Notes under the pieces: generated by a model
Database searches by the model: none
Told to the model about the DNA's origin: nothing
Seen by the model: the letters and a program-made list of their open reading frames with translations, nothing else
Part shown: positions 15,649 to 24,817 of the stretch, piece after piece
How positions within the stretch are numbered: the first letter of the stretch is position 1
Layout: every line of letters starts with the position of its first letter
Made by a program: the position numbers and the translations under genes
NCBI GenBank assembly: GCA_009778475.1
Contig: WRJS01000004.1
Coordinates: 1-61,606 of the forward strand
Length of the DNA stretch: 61,606 nucleotides
Reading direction: 5' to 3'
Source: Kiritimatiellota bacterium
Lineage (GTDB): Bacteria; Verrucomicrobiota; Kiritimatiellia; RFP12; UBA1067

Positions 15649-17934
15649 GTGATGAAGATGGAATATCCAATATCCAGCACGGAACATCCAATGTCCAAGT
15701 TGAATGCGCTCCGGGTGCGGCCCCGCGCCCGCGCCTCTCACCTTTTACCTTTCACCTCTCACCTTTTACCTTTTACATTTTACCTATTACCTATCACCTA
15801 TCACCTATTACTTCTCACCTGCTCCCTGCCGCCTCTGGCGGCCCTGGCGCAGGGCCTGCCGCAGTGGTACATCGACAAGGGCTGGCCCACAGAGGACACC
15901 GTGGGCGACGGCATCCCGGACGAGTGGAAGCGGCGCACCTTCGCGCCGAGGGACGCGGACGGCAACTTCCTGCCGAGCGCGCACCTCGACCGGGACAACG
16001 ACGGCCTGACGGACCTGGAGGAGTTCTGGTACGGCAGCGACCCGCGCACCGCCTCGACCATGGGCGACTTCTGGCTCGACTCCGAGAAGCGCGCGCACGG
16101 CCTCGGCGCGTGGGGCAAGGTCACCTCGACCGTCTCCTTCGCGCAGTGGCAGGCGTGGTCCGGCCTTGACGAGGCCGCCTGGCGCCGCGCCACGCGCCCC
16201 TCCGCCGACGGCCTCACCGGCGCGTTCGCCGGCTTCGCCCTCAGCACCCAGCCCTACGCCGCCGAAGCGGGCACCGTGGACTTCTGGCTCGAGTACCGCG
16301 CCGACCGCCACACGCTCCTCACCCTCTCCGACGCGCTCGCGACGAACACGTTCCCGCTCGCCAAGGGCGAGGGCCGCGCGCGCCTGCGCGTCGCCTACGG
16401 CGGCCCCGCCGCGCTCACCATGGACCCCGCCCCCGGCACGCTCGCCGACACCCCCGGCGCCACCAACGGCCTGTGGCTCTGCGAGATGAAGGTCAAACCC
16501 TTCCGCCCCAACACCGTCGTATTCAACGACGGCGACACCCCGCCGCCCCCGCAAGGGGGTTTCGACAGCGTGGACGCCATCATCATCACCGCCGCCCCCA
16601 CCAACGCCGTCCACAGCCTCGAGCCCCCCGAGCCTACGCGCGACGGCCCGCCCACGCGCTGGCCCACCGTCACGCTCCTCCCCGGTTACGTATCCCAAGG
16701 CGTGACCATGCTCAGCGACGGCTGGTACTGCGTCTCCGGCGACGCCTGCGGCGACTGCGCGTGGCCCACCAACGGCATGATCGAGGCCGCGGCCGGGATG
16801 CCCGCCAGCACCCTCGGCGCGACGCTTCCGGTCATCAGCAAGCAGGCCGCGTGGAATCTCCTCACGACGCCCGAGCTCAAATACGAGGTCACCGTCACCC
16901 AGAAGGTCTTCAGCGCGGGCTACCCGTCCCTCTTCGGCAGCTTCGCCTTCCGCGTCCGCCCCTGCGGCGCCCTCCACCACGGCCCCGAGGTGCGCGGCGC
17001 CGAGCACATCCTCAACCCCACCCACGAGCCCGGCCACTTCCCGACCACCACCTGCGGCGCCGCCGGGTGCCTCTGCTCCGGCGCGTCGCTCACCCACGTC
17101 GGCTTCGACCACGCCAAGGTCAACACGCGCAACCTCAACCACCCCGACGAGTCAGCGGAGGACAAGAAACATCTGCACTGCCTCGGCATCATCTACAGCG
17201 GCAATACGACCAACCTGCTGGACTTCACCGAGAGTTTCGGGCTGGACATCACCAACCGCGTCAAGTGGGAGGTCAACGGGAAAACGCAGACCGGACACAC
17301 GCTGAAAATAGGCTCAGAACCCAAAGACCTCGACCCAAAAATTTTTCGCATTAAGCTACTGGAGAAAGAGTCGGGCGACGTGTGGGACAGGTTCATCCTC
17401 GTGGTCAACAACCGCAAGACGAAATCCGAATTCGATGGCTGGTATGACGGGAACAAAACGAACACGGCGTGGCTGGCGGAACTGCCTGCGGCGTATGTGG
17501 CGCTTTCGAACCGAGTCGGAAGCACGAGTTTCTATAACCCAGAGCCTTCGACTACAAATTTGTGGTGCGCTCCCGATGAGCCTGGACAATATATGCACCA
17601 TGCAGCAAAATGGCAAATGCGGTCAGAAAAAACACCCGGCAACCATGGACACCAGACATGCTATGATGACGCGGGGAAGATTATCCTTAACGGGGTGAGC
17701 GCAGGAACGGCAGATTTTAGTTCTCCTAGATGGCATACCTTCAGACCACACGTCCGCGAAGATGTTGACCCCTTTGTCCGCGCCCTTCAACTTGACGGAA
17801 ACCCTTGTACTCGATCTTGGGACGCTCTGACTCATGCACTGATACATGACGGGGAAAACCTCGTCAAGTACCGTGAATGCCGTCCGGCAGTTCCCAACGA
17901 TAAACCCATGTTAAATCCGGGGGAACTCCCGTAG
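15649..17934 (+). CDS. 761-aa secreted polymorphic protein, copy 2
   Basis: Translation identical to 7260-9545. Confidence 0.8.
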   Translation: MMKMEYPISSTEHPMSKLNALRVRPRARASHLLPFTSHLLPFTFYLLPITYHLLLLTCSLPPLAALAQGLPQWYIDKGWPTEDTVGDGIPDEWKRRTFAPRDADGNFLPSAHLDRDNDGLTDLEEFWYGSDPRTASTMGDFWLDSEKRAHGLGAWGKVTSTVSFAQWQAWSGLDEAAWRRATRPSADGLTGAFAGFALSTQPYAAEAGTVDFWLEYRADRHTLLTLSDALATNTFPLAKGEGRARLRVAYGGPAALTMDPAPGTLADTPGATNGLWLCEMKVKPFRPNTVVFNDGDTPPPPQGGFDSVDAIIITAAPTNAVHSLEPPEPTRDGPPTRWPTVTLLPGYVSQGVTMLSDGWYCVSGDACGDCAWPTNGMIEAAAGMPASTLGATLPVISKQAAWNLLTTPELKYEVTVTQKVFSAGYPSLFGSFAFRVRPCGALHHGPEVRGAEHILNPTHEPGHFPTTTCGAAGCLCSGASLTHVGFDHAKVNTRNLNHPDESAEDKKHLHCLGIIYSGNTTNLLDFTESFGLDITNRVKWEVNGKTQTGHTLKIGSEPKDLDPKIFRIKLLEKESGDVWDRFILVVNNRKTKSEFDGWYDGNKTNTAWLAELPAAYVALSNRVGSTSFYNPEPSTTNLWCAPDEPGQYMHHAAKWQMRSEKTPGNHGHQTCYDDAGKIILNGVSAGTADFSSPRWHTFRPHVREDVDPFVRALQLDGNPCTRSWDALTHALIHDGENLVKYRECRPAVPNDKPMLNPGELP

Positions 17935-17958
17935 CCATTGATGAGAAAGGAAATCACT

Positions 17959-18729
17959 ATGAAACGATTGATTATTCTGTTTTTGCTTTCGGCGCAATCT
18001 GTTTGGGGGCAGAACCCCGTGCCGGATTTGTCTTGGACGTTCCAGTGGGGGACAAATACGGCCGGGATGCTCTTTGAGGACGCCGCTTTGGCCATGCCGG
18101 TCAAAGCGGTCATACGGGATGACATCAAAAGGGTTTACCAGCTTAACCCGCAGTCAAACGCAACATTCCGTTTGTACTTGCCAAGTGAGGAGGAACATGG
18201 GAAATACACAGGCGTTTTCCAGTTCGAGAGGTCAATGGCTTGCCCGAAGGACATCCACAGTTTGGATTACTGCATCTATGGGGGGACGAACTATTACGCC
18301 ATTACGGAATCCATCAGCACTATCTATTCTGAAAAAATAGCATTGACGAACCAGCATCATGCGGCAATCGGGAGCCTTTCCAACTTCCTGCACACTGTCA
18401 ACCATGTGTCGGTTGGCAATACCACGCCAGTGGAATTTGCTCAAATGTGGTGGCGGTTCAAGAAAGGACGCGCGGGCGCGTTGGCTGATGACACTGTTGA
18501 GAGTTTTACGGAGGGCATCCAATCCATGAGCGAAGACCGTTACTATTGCTTGTCGTTGCTTTCGGTTTGGGAAAGGCCGCCGTCATATTGGAGTGTGCCT
18601 TCCGCAAAACCGCTTGTGGTGGGTTGCACCATAAAAGCACTACCCAGAGCTGGCAACGGCAACTCCGACGGGATAGAAATGGATGCCGTGTATAAGGATG
18701 GGCAATGGCGGTTTGTCGCATGGGAATAG
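17959..18729 (+). CDS. Secreted partner (immunity-like) protein 1, copy 2
   Basis: Translation identical to 9570-10340. Confidence 0.8.
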   Translation: MKRLIILFLLSAQSVWGQNPVPDLSWTFQWGTNTAGMLFEDAALAMPVKAVIRDDIKRVYQLNPQSNATFRLYLPSEEEHGKYTGVFQFERSMACPKDIHSLDYCIYGGTNYYAITESISTIYSEKIALTNQHHAAIGSLSNFLHTVNHVSVGNTTPVEFAQMWWRFKKGRAGALADDTVESFTEGIQSMSEDRYYCLSLLSVWERPPSYWSVPSAKPLVVGCTIKALPRAGNGNSDGIEMDAVYKDGQWRFVAWE

Positions 18730-18738
18730 AATATCGTC

Positions 18739-19580
18739 CCAGCCATGCGGAGGAGCAATACCAGAAAACGGAGCATTGCCTCGGCATCGTGTGGGGCAAC
18801 GGCGGCTCAACGAACCTCTTCAACCTGCTCTGCACCGACGGCTTCACCGACGACATCCGCACCAACCTCTACTTCACCTCGCAGGTCAACGCCAAGGGCG
18901 CGAAGGCCGAGGTCGCAAACCACACCCTGCCCTTCGGCGCGAAACCCAAGGACATGGACCCCCGCATTTTCCACGTCGAGCTCCGCCACCGAGAGAGGGA
19001 AGAGATTTTCGACAGGCTCTGGGTTGTCATCAACGCCCCCGAAACTCACGCCAACTACACCAACCGGGTCGCCATCAACTCTACCAATATGGCGTGGACG
19101 CTCACCCTGCCCCCGCCGTTTGCTTCAATCATAGTTAATGGCAACACCCCTGTCGATCCAGAACCACCGATTGGTTTTTGGAATGATTCTGGCGTTTGGC
19201 ATAAGCCTGAACCCAAGAACACGTATCTTCATCATAATGCTCCGTTTGAAATGCGGTCTAAACCTGTGACAGGAGGACACGGGCATCAGGCAATGTACGA
19301 TACGAACGGTCTCTTAATTGAAACTACCATCGCGGCAGGGACGGCTGATTTTGTTTCGCCTGACGGTCCCAATAGCGCACGGCGTCACAGGAATTTCGAT
19401 GTTTACCCGTACATCCGTGCTTTGCAGCTTGACGGGAATCCAGTCCGGTCGGTAAGTGCCGCCATCGGTCTTGGGGTCGTGGACGCCCCAACCAATCTCG
19501 ACCGCCCCTGCATTTATCAGGGAGATTACACAGACTCATACATCGAAAGACGTCCAGTCTTGCCAACAGGAAAGAGGTAG
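18739..19580 (+). pseudogene. Headless but frame-intact variant C-terminal cassette 3
   Basis: Shared ~250-bp anchor, then a distinct tip: YLHH..MRS..HGHQAMYD..AGTADFVSP..H..DVYPYIRALQLDGNP..YIERRP. Confidence 0.85.
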
Positions 19581-19581
19581 C

Positions 19582-20352
19582 ATGAAAACAAAACCACTAA
19601 CGTTCATTCTTTTTTCAGCCGCAATGATGTTTCACGCCCCGCATTGCGCGGGGCAGAGCAACGTTGTGTATTACGGGGCAAACTCCAACGCGCTAAATGT
19701 CGCATTCGCAGACACGAGCCTTTCCGCAAAGGCGAAGGCCGCTATCACAGCTGACTTGAATCTCTGTTTACGGGAATGGGGGAAAACTAGTGACTTGCGT
19801 CTTGGGGACAAAAACACTGCCGGACAACTTTACAATTGGAAAACAAGCCCGCATTATCCAGAAGGGGTTATTGATTTCCCTGAAAACATTACCTCGGACG
19901 GGGCATCCGGCGTTGCCTTGCAGATAACCAAGGAACTTAGCGATGCCTACACCAATGCGTTCGCGTTTGTTGCTGCAAACAGTAATATTGTCGCCGCCGC
20001 TTATAAGTTTGTGACGCTCATTTCGTCAAACGGCTTTGCCGCCTCTGTCACACCTGCCAGCATAACGGACTATGTCTTGGTGAAAAAGTACAAGCCTCAA
20101 GACTATATTGCCAACTATCAAGAACTCATGGAGGGATGTTTCATTGCACCGAAGTGGCATCAGCCGAGCGTGCTGGGGTTTCGCCATAGCGGGGCAGACC
20201 CTTCCCTTGCAAACTTGTGGCTGGTTATCCCTGCCTATACTCCGCCGGAACCCCTCGCTGGTTCCGTCGGGGAATGGTTGGGATTAGCGGCTATATGGCA
20301 TGATGGGAAATGGAAGCTCTGTTTCTGGGGATGGGACGATAGCCCACGGTGA
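19582..20352 (+). CDS. Secreted partner (immunity-like) protein 5
   Basis: Starts 2 nt after the cassette stop; MKTKPLTFILFSAA..CAG|Q; FADTSL..K..I.ADL; NSNIV.AAYKFV; WHDGKWKL. Confidence 0.8.
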   Translation: MKTKPLTFILFSAAMMFHAPHCAGQSNVVYYGANSNALNVAFADTSLSAKAKAAITADLNLCLREWGKTSDLRLGDKNTAGQLYNWKTSPHYPEGVIDFPENITSDGASGVALQITKELSDAYTNAFAFVAANSNIVAAAYKFVTLISSNGFAASVTPASITDYVLVKKYKPQDYIANYQELMEGCFIAPKWHQPSVLGFRHSGADPSLANLWLVIPAYTPPEPLAGSVGEWLGLAAIWHDGKWKLCFWGWDDSPR

Positions 20353-20364
20353 ACACTCGAGGCA

Positions 20365-20579
20365 GGTTGCAACTTGACGGGAATCCATGCTTGCCGAAAA
20401 CAAAGGACATACCCCAAACTCTGTTGCGCCCTTGCCTGTGTCAAGGCGGGCATCTGAACCAATATCTGGAATGCCGCCCTGCCACGCCGACAGGGACACG
20501 CCCAAGACCCATAAGGAGAAAGACCATGAAAAAGCCACATTGTATAGCATCGTTACTGTGTTGCGTCTGCTTAAGCTGA
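20365..20579 (+). pseudogene. Tip stub (LQLDGNPC...YLECRP) fused to a 17-codon partner-gene stub (MKKPHC..., 20526-20579)
   Basis: Homology to 11034-11182 and 11951-12032; stub resembles the MKKLH starts of partners 3 and 4. Confidence 0.7.
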
Positions 20580-20662
20580 GAACACGATGAACACGAAGAT
20601 GATGACACTCACGCTTGATGTATTATTTCTGATGCTATAACGGAAAATGTGATGGAGGTATT

Positions 20663-21622
20663 ATGAGGAAAACCATGTTGCTTTCTTGGCTGCGGAGATT
20701 TCTTGTCCTGACTGCGTACGGCGTTATCTTTTTCATGTCGTTCTACCATTACTCGCTTGGGCGGACGCATGAGTTTCGTGCCTTTGGGACGACACTGCAC
20801 AATGTGCTGTTCGCGGCGGCGTTTACAGCCGCGACGTTCTTCCCTGCGTGGATTGTCATCCTGTACAGCCTCGTTTCGAAAACCTCACCAACAGGTGTGA
20901 AAATAGGAGGTCGCGTCGGCGTGGCTGTGCTGGCAACGCTTGGGAGCATCTTCCTTCGGCGGCGCCATACGACGTTTGACCTAGCCTGCCCTCTTTATCT
21001 CATCGAGATAGCCGTTATCATCTGCCATGTTGAAATCAACCGCCACCTTAAAACCGTCAAGTCAAAAGCCATTTTGGCGTGTGTGACGGGGGGGCTTGGT
21101 TTTGCGGCCTTTGCCGTGCCTTTCTTGCTGGCATCGGTTAGATGGCCGAATGCCGCGGACAGGGAGGTCTTGGGATATCTATGTATATTTGTTTTTCTCA
21201 TGCTCATGCGAACCTGCCCGCAGATTTTTGCATCGGCATTCCTGGTCGGCAGGAAAATCCCGCAACCCGCACGGGGGCGTCACGCCATTGCTGGATGCTG
21301 CCTGTTTCTGTGCGGGTGCGCGGCATGTGAGACGTGGATAGCGGCTGACGAAGCGCGGTATACCCGCCAACTCAACGAATGGAAAGCGCAGCATACTTTT
21401 CTAACCCCCAGTGAAAAAGAGGCGATTGAGGCGGAATTGAAAACTATCGAGCGCCAGCGAGATAGTGAAAAGTGGGCGCCCAACCCAGAACTTCAAGCCC
21501 GCAGTAGCACATTGCACACGTTGCAATTTCGCGACCACTTCGGGAGAAAACGCGTTTGGCCCAACAGGGACATCACGATAATGTATTGGGTAAACGGGGA
21601 AATACATAACTCGCCCTACTGA
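20663..21622 (+). CDS. Hypothetical multi-pass membrane protein
   Basis: GGAGG RBS; about 6-7 hydrophobic segments; lower GC. Confidence 0.7.
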   Translation: MRKTMLLSWLRRFLVLTAYGVIFFMSFYHYSLGRTHEFRAFGTTLHNVLFAAAFTAATFFPAWIVILYSLVSKTSPTGVKIGGRVGVAVLATLGSIFLRRRHTTFDLACPLYLIEIAVIICHVEINRHLKTVKSKAILACVTGGLGFAAFAVPFLLASVRWPNAADREVLGYLCIFVFLMLMRTCPQIFASAFLVGRKIPQPARGRHAIAGCCLFLCGCAACETWIAADEARYTRQLNEWKAQHTFLTPSEKEAIEAELKTIERQRDSEKWAPNPELQARSSTLHTLQFRDHFGRKRVWPNRDITIMYWVNGEIHNSPY

Positions 21623-21623
21623 T

Positions 21624-22025
21624 GTGGCAGTAAACTATCTTGCCAAAATCACGTTGACTAATGCACATCCGACGATGATAAGCGGGTTGTCTAATTTCTT
21701 GGCACAAGTCTCCATTTGTTCGCCAGGCAACACGACGGATGAGGCATTCACAAGCTTGCATTGGTCGCTGGAGAAGAACGCCCCGATGACGATGCAGGAC
21801 TGGGGAGAACGAAGTATCCAAGGGCATAAGACGGACGCGTTAGATGTCACCTACGGATTCCCATCGCTTTTAGATTTTTCCGTGATCAATCTGGAAGGGG
21901 GAGGGACTTTCATTGCTTGCACTTTGCGCCATGCGATTCCCAAGGACAAGCCAACCCAGCCTAAGCTCGGTGACGTTTTCATATATACGGGCAACCAATG
22001 GTATTTCGCTGATTGGAAGTTTTAG
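21624..22025 (+). pseudogene. C-terminal half of a partner-1-like protein
   Basis: KITLTN..LSNFL..GNTT..YTGNQWYFADW vs partner 1 KIALTN..LSNFL..GNTT..YKDGQWRFVAW. Confidence 0.7.
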
Positions 22026-22031
22026 CATATT

Positions 22032-22151
22032 ATGAAAAAGAGAATCATCGTGTTCATCATATTCCCCGTGTGTGTGTCTATGGCGCAAACCAACTGGACA
22101 TTCCAATGGCATGGGCAGGAGAGGGGGATTCTTTTCGCCCAACAAGGATGA
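22032..22151 (+). pseudogene. N-terminal stub of a partner-1-like protein (39 aa)
   Basis: Manual translation MKKRIIVFIIFPVCVSMAQTNWTFQWHGQERGILF vs partner 1 WTFQWGTNTAGMLF. Confidence 0.65.
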
Positions 22152-22305
22152 GATCGAGGGCATGATGAGAAAGCACGGCACGGAGGCGAAATGGAAAGAG
22201 CTCCTCAAAAACCCGACCCACCCCGAGTTAGCCAAATACCCGCAGGACTGACCGCGGGCAAAGGCGACCGCAAAGCACGCAGGGGCATCCGGGAGATCGA
22301 GGCTT

Positions 22306-22369
22306 CCGGGAGCGCAGGGCTTCCGCCCTGCATCTATCATTCGGCAAGGCGGAAGCCTTGTGCTCCCGG
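22306..22369. repeat. Inverted doublet of REP-like palindrome family A (REPIN-like)
   Basis: ccgggagcgcagggcttccgccctgc ... gcaaggcggaagccttgtgctcccgg. Confidence 0.7.
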
Positions 22370-22591
22370 CATCATACAAAAGTGTTGCGGCTTTAGCCCT
22401 GATCACGCATCAATGAAAAGTCTTTTGGGGCGCTCGGGTTTCAGGACGGGTCATTTAATATTGCAATTTGCAACTTGCCCTGAGGGTCTGGATTTGTTTG
22501 ACATCCTGTGAGGAAATGTGTTATAAATTTAACCTTTAACTGGAATATGAGCTTAACGCAGGGAATAAGCGGAAAACAGGAGGAGAGCAGG

Positions 22592-24763
22592 ATGAAGGTG
22601 TTGATCGGTATGGCGTGTGCGTTGGGCGCGACAATCGCGGCGGCGCAGAATGTGCGGGCGGTGAAAACCGGGTCGCGGATTGACGTGACCATCGACGGGG
22701 CGTTTTTCACGAGCTACCGTTTTTCGGCGGAGGAGAAGTACCCGTTCTTCTTCCCCGTGAACGGGCCTTCGGGCGCGGGCGTGACATCGATGCGGAACGG
22801 GGAGTACCCGCACCACAGCTCGCTCTTCTTCGGGTGCGACAGGGTGAACGGCGGCAACTATTGGCAGGAGGGCTTGGAGCGCGGCCAGATCGTGTCCGAG
22901 GGCGCGGTCTTGAAGGAGGCGGCGGGCAAGCGGGTGGTCATCACGGAGACGTGCAACTGGGTGCGCCCGAATGCGCCGTCGCCGTTCCGCGACACGCGCG
23001 TCATCACCATCTCCGCGCCGTCGAAGGCCGTGCGGCAGATCGATTTCGACATCACGATGGAGGCGCTGGTTGACGTGGAGATTCTGGAGACGAACCATTC
23101 GCTGTTCAGCGCGCGCATGGATCCCGATCTGGCGGTCGTGAACGGCGGCACGATGGTCAACGCGCAGGGCGATCTGAGCCAAGCCGGAACGCACGGCGCG
23201 CGCTCGCCGTGGATCGCGTATTACGGGACGCGCGGGAGCGGGAGGTCCGAGGGGCTGGCGATTTTGCAGCATCCGTCGAACCCGTTCTATCCCGAGCCGT
23301 GGCTGACGCGCGATTACGGGTTCATGTCGCCGACGCAGTTCCAGTTCCCGCCGGACAAGAAGTCAATCACCATCAAGCAAGGGGAGAAGTGGGCGATGAG
23401 ATACCGTGTGCTGGTGTTCGAGGGCGATGCCGCGGCGGCGAAGGTCGGCGAGCGTTTCGCGGAGTATGCGGGGCTGCCGAAGATTGGGCTGCTGACGCTT
23501 GACCCCGGTCATTTCCACGCCGCGCTGGTGCAGAAGCAGATGTACCCGCGCCTCGCGCCGGAGGTCAACGTCTATGCGCCCGCCGGGCCGGACGTGGAGA
23601 TGCACCTGAAACGCATCGAGGGCTTCAACACCCGCGCCGACGCGCCCACCGCATGGAAAACCGCCGTCTATCGCGGCGACGATTTCGCGCAGAAGATGAT
23701 ACAGGAGAAGAAGGGCAACGTGGTCGTCACCTCGGGCAACAACGCGAAGAAGGCGCAGTACATTCTCGATAGCGTGAAGGCGGGGTTCAATGTGCTGGCC
23801 GACAAACCTATGGCCATCACCCCTGCGGACTTCGCGCTGCTTCAAGAAGCGTTCAAGATCGCGGCCGAAAAGAAGCTGCTGCTCTACGACATCATGACCG
23901 AGCGTTACGAGATCACCACCATGCTCCAGCGCCACTTCGTGCAATCCAAGGAGCTGTTCGGGACGGTTGACCCCGGCACGCCCGATGACCCGTCGGTCAC
24001 GAAGGAGAGCGTCCACCACTTCTCCAAGATGGTCGCCGGCGCGCCCCTCCAGCGCCCGCCGTGGTTCTTCGACGTGAAGCAGCAGGGCGAGGGCATCGTG
24101 GACGTGACCACGCACCTTGTGGACCTTGTGCAATGGGAACTCTTCCCCGGACAGGTCATCAGGGACGGCGACGTGAAGATGCTGAAGGCGCGGAAGTTCA
24201 ACACCGCCATCACGCCCGAACAGTTCACGCGCACCACCTCCGTGCCGACGTTCCCCGACTACCTGCAAGCGTACAAGGGCGCGGACGGCAACCTGCAAGT
24301 GCCGTGCAACGGCGAGTTCACCTACAGCCTGCGCGGCGTGAACTGCAAAATCTCCGTCATCTGGAACTACGAGGCCCCCGCCGGTGCCGGCGACACGCAC
24401 TACTCGCTCATGCGCGGCACCAAACTCTCCGCCATCATCCGCCAAGGCAAGGAGCAGGGCTACAAGCCCATGCTCTACCTCGAGCCCCGCGCGGGCGTGG
24501 ACGCGGCCGCGCTCGAGGCCCCGCTGCAGGCCGCCGTCGCCGCCGCCGCGAAGATGTGGCCCGGCGTGTCCGCCAAGAAGATTGAAGGCGGCTGGGAGAT
24601 CGTCATCCCGCAGGCCTACCACAACGGCCACGAGGCGCACTTCGGGCAGGTCGCCGAGAAATACATCGGCTTCCTCGACGCGGGCGCGATGCCGTCATGG
24701 GAAGTCCCCAACATGATCCAGAAATACCACACCATCATGGAAGCCTACAAGATGTCGCGGTGA
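22592..24763 (+). CDS. Secreted fusion: PmoA-like (DUF6807-type) domain + Gfo/Idh/MocA-like oxidoreductase
   Basis: YPHHSSLFFG and HPSNP..W.TRDYG in the N-terminal half; TLDPGHFHAALVQK, ADKPMAI, DIMTERYE, DVTTHLVDL, GHEAHFGQV in the C-terminal half. Confidence 0.7.
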   Translation: MKVLIGMACALGATIAAAQNVRAVKTGSRIDVTIDGAFFTSYRFSAEEKYPFFFPVNGPSGAGVTSMRNGEYPHHSSLFFGCDRVNGGNYWQEGLERGQIVSEGAVLKEAAGKRVVITETCNWVRPNAPSPFRDTRVITISAPSKAVRQIDFDITMEALVDVEILETNHSLFSARMDPDLAVVNGGTMVNAQGDLSQAGTHGARSPWIAYYGTRGSGRSEGLAILQHPSNPFYPEPWLTRDYGFMSPTQFQFPPDKKSITIKQGEKWAMRYRVLVFEGDAAAAKVGERFAEYAGLPKIGLLTLDPGHFHAALVQKQMYPRLAPEVNVYAPAGPDVEMHLKRIEGFNTRADAPTAWKTAVYRGDDFAQKMIQEKKGNVVVTSGNNAKKAQYILDSVKAGFNVLADKPMAITPADFALLQEAFKIAAEKKLLLYDIMTERYEITTMLQRHFVQSKELFGTVDPGTPDDPSVTKESVHHFSKMVAGAPLQRPPWFFDVKQQGEGIVDVTTHLVDLVQWELFPGQVIRDGDVKMLKARKFNTAITPEQFTRTTSVPTFPDYLQAYKGADGNLQVPCNGEFTYSLRGVNCKISVIWNYEAPAGAGDTHYSLMRGTKLSAIIRQGKEQGYKPMLYLEPRAGVDAAALEAPLQAAVAAAAKMWPGVSAKKIEGGWEIVIPQAYHNGHEAHFGQVAEKYIGFLDAGAMPSWEVPNMIQKYHTIMEAYKMSR

Positions 24764-24817
24764 TTCGTGGCGGGTGACGCGTCGCGATTCACAAGCCACG
24801 AAGGGAACGGGGGTTTG

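Larger units (their letters stand above)
14389..18993 (+). repeat. ~4.6-kb direct repeat, copy 2
   Basis: Matches 6000-10604 at offset 8389. Confidence 0.95.

Noticed and set aside
6000-20508. Diversity-generating retroelement (TR/VR) explanation for the repeats
   Set aside because: No reverse transcriptase in the window; differences between copies include indels and wholesale divergence, not adenine-specific changes
9549-22151. Integron cassette array
   Set aside because: No integrase and no recurring attC-like sites; spacers are remnants of the polymorphic gene
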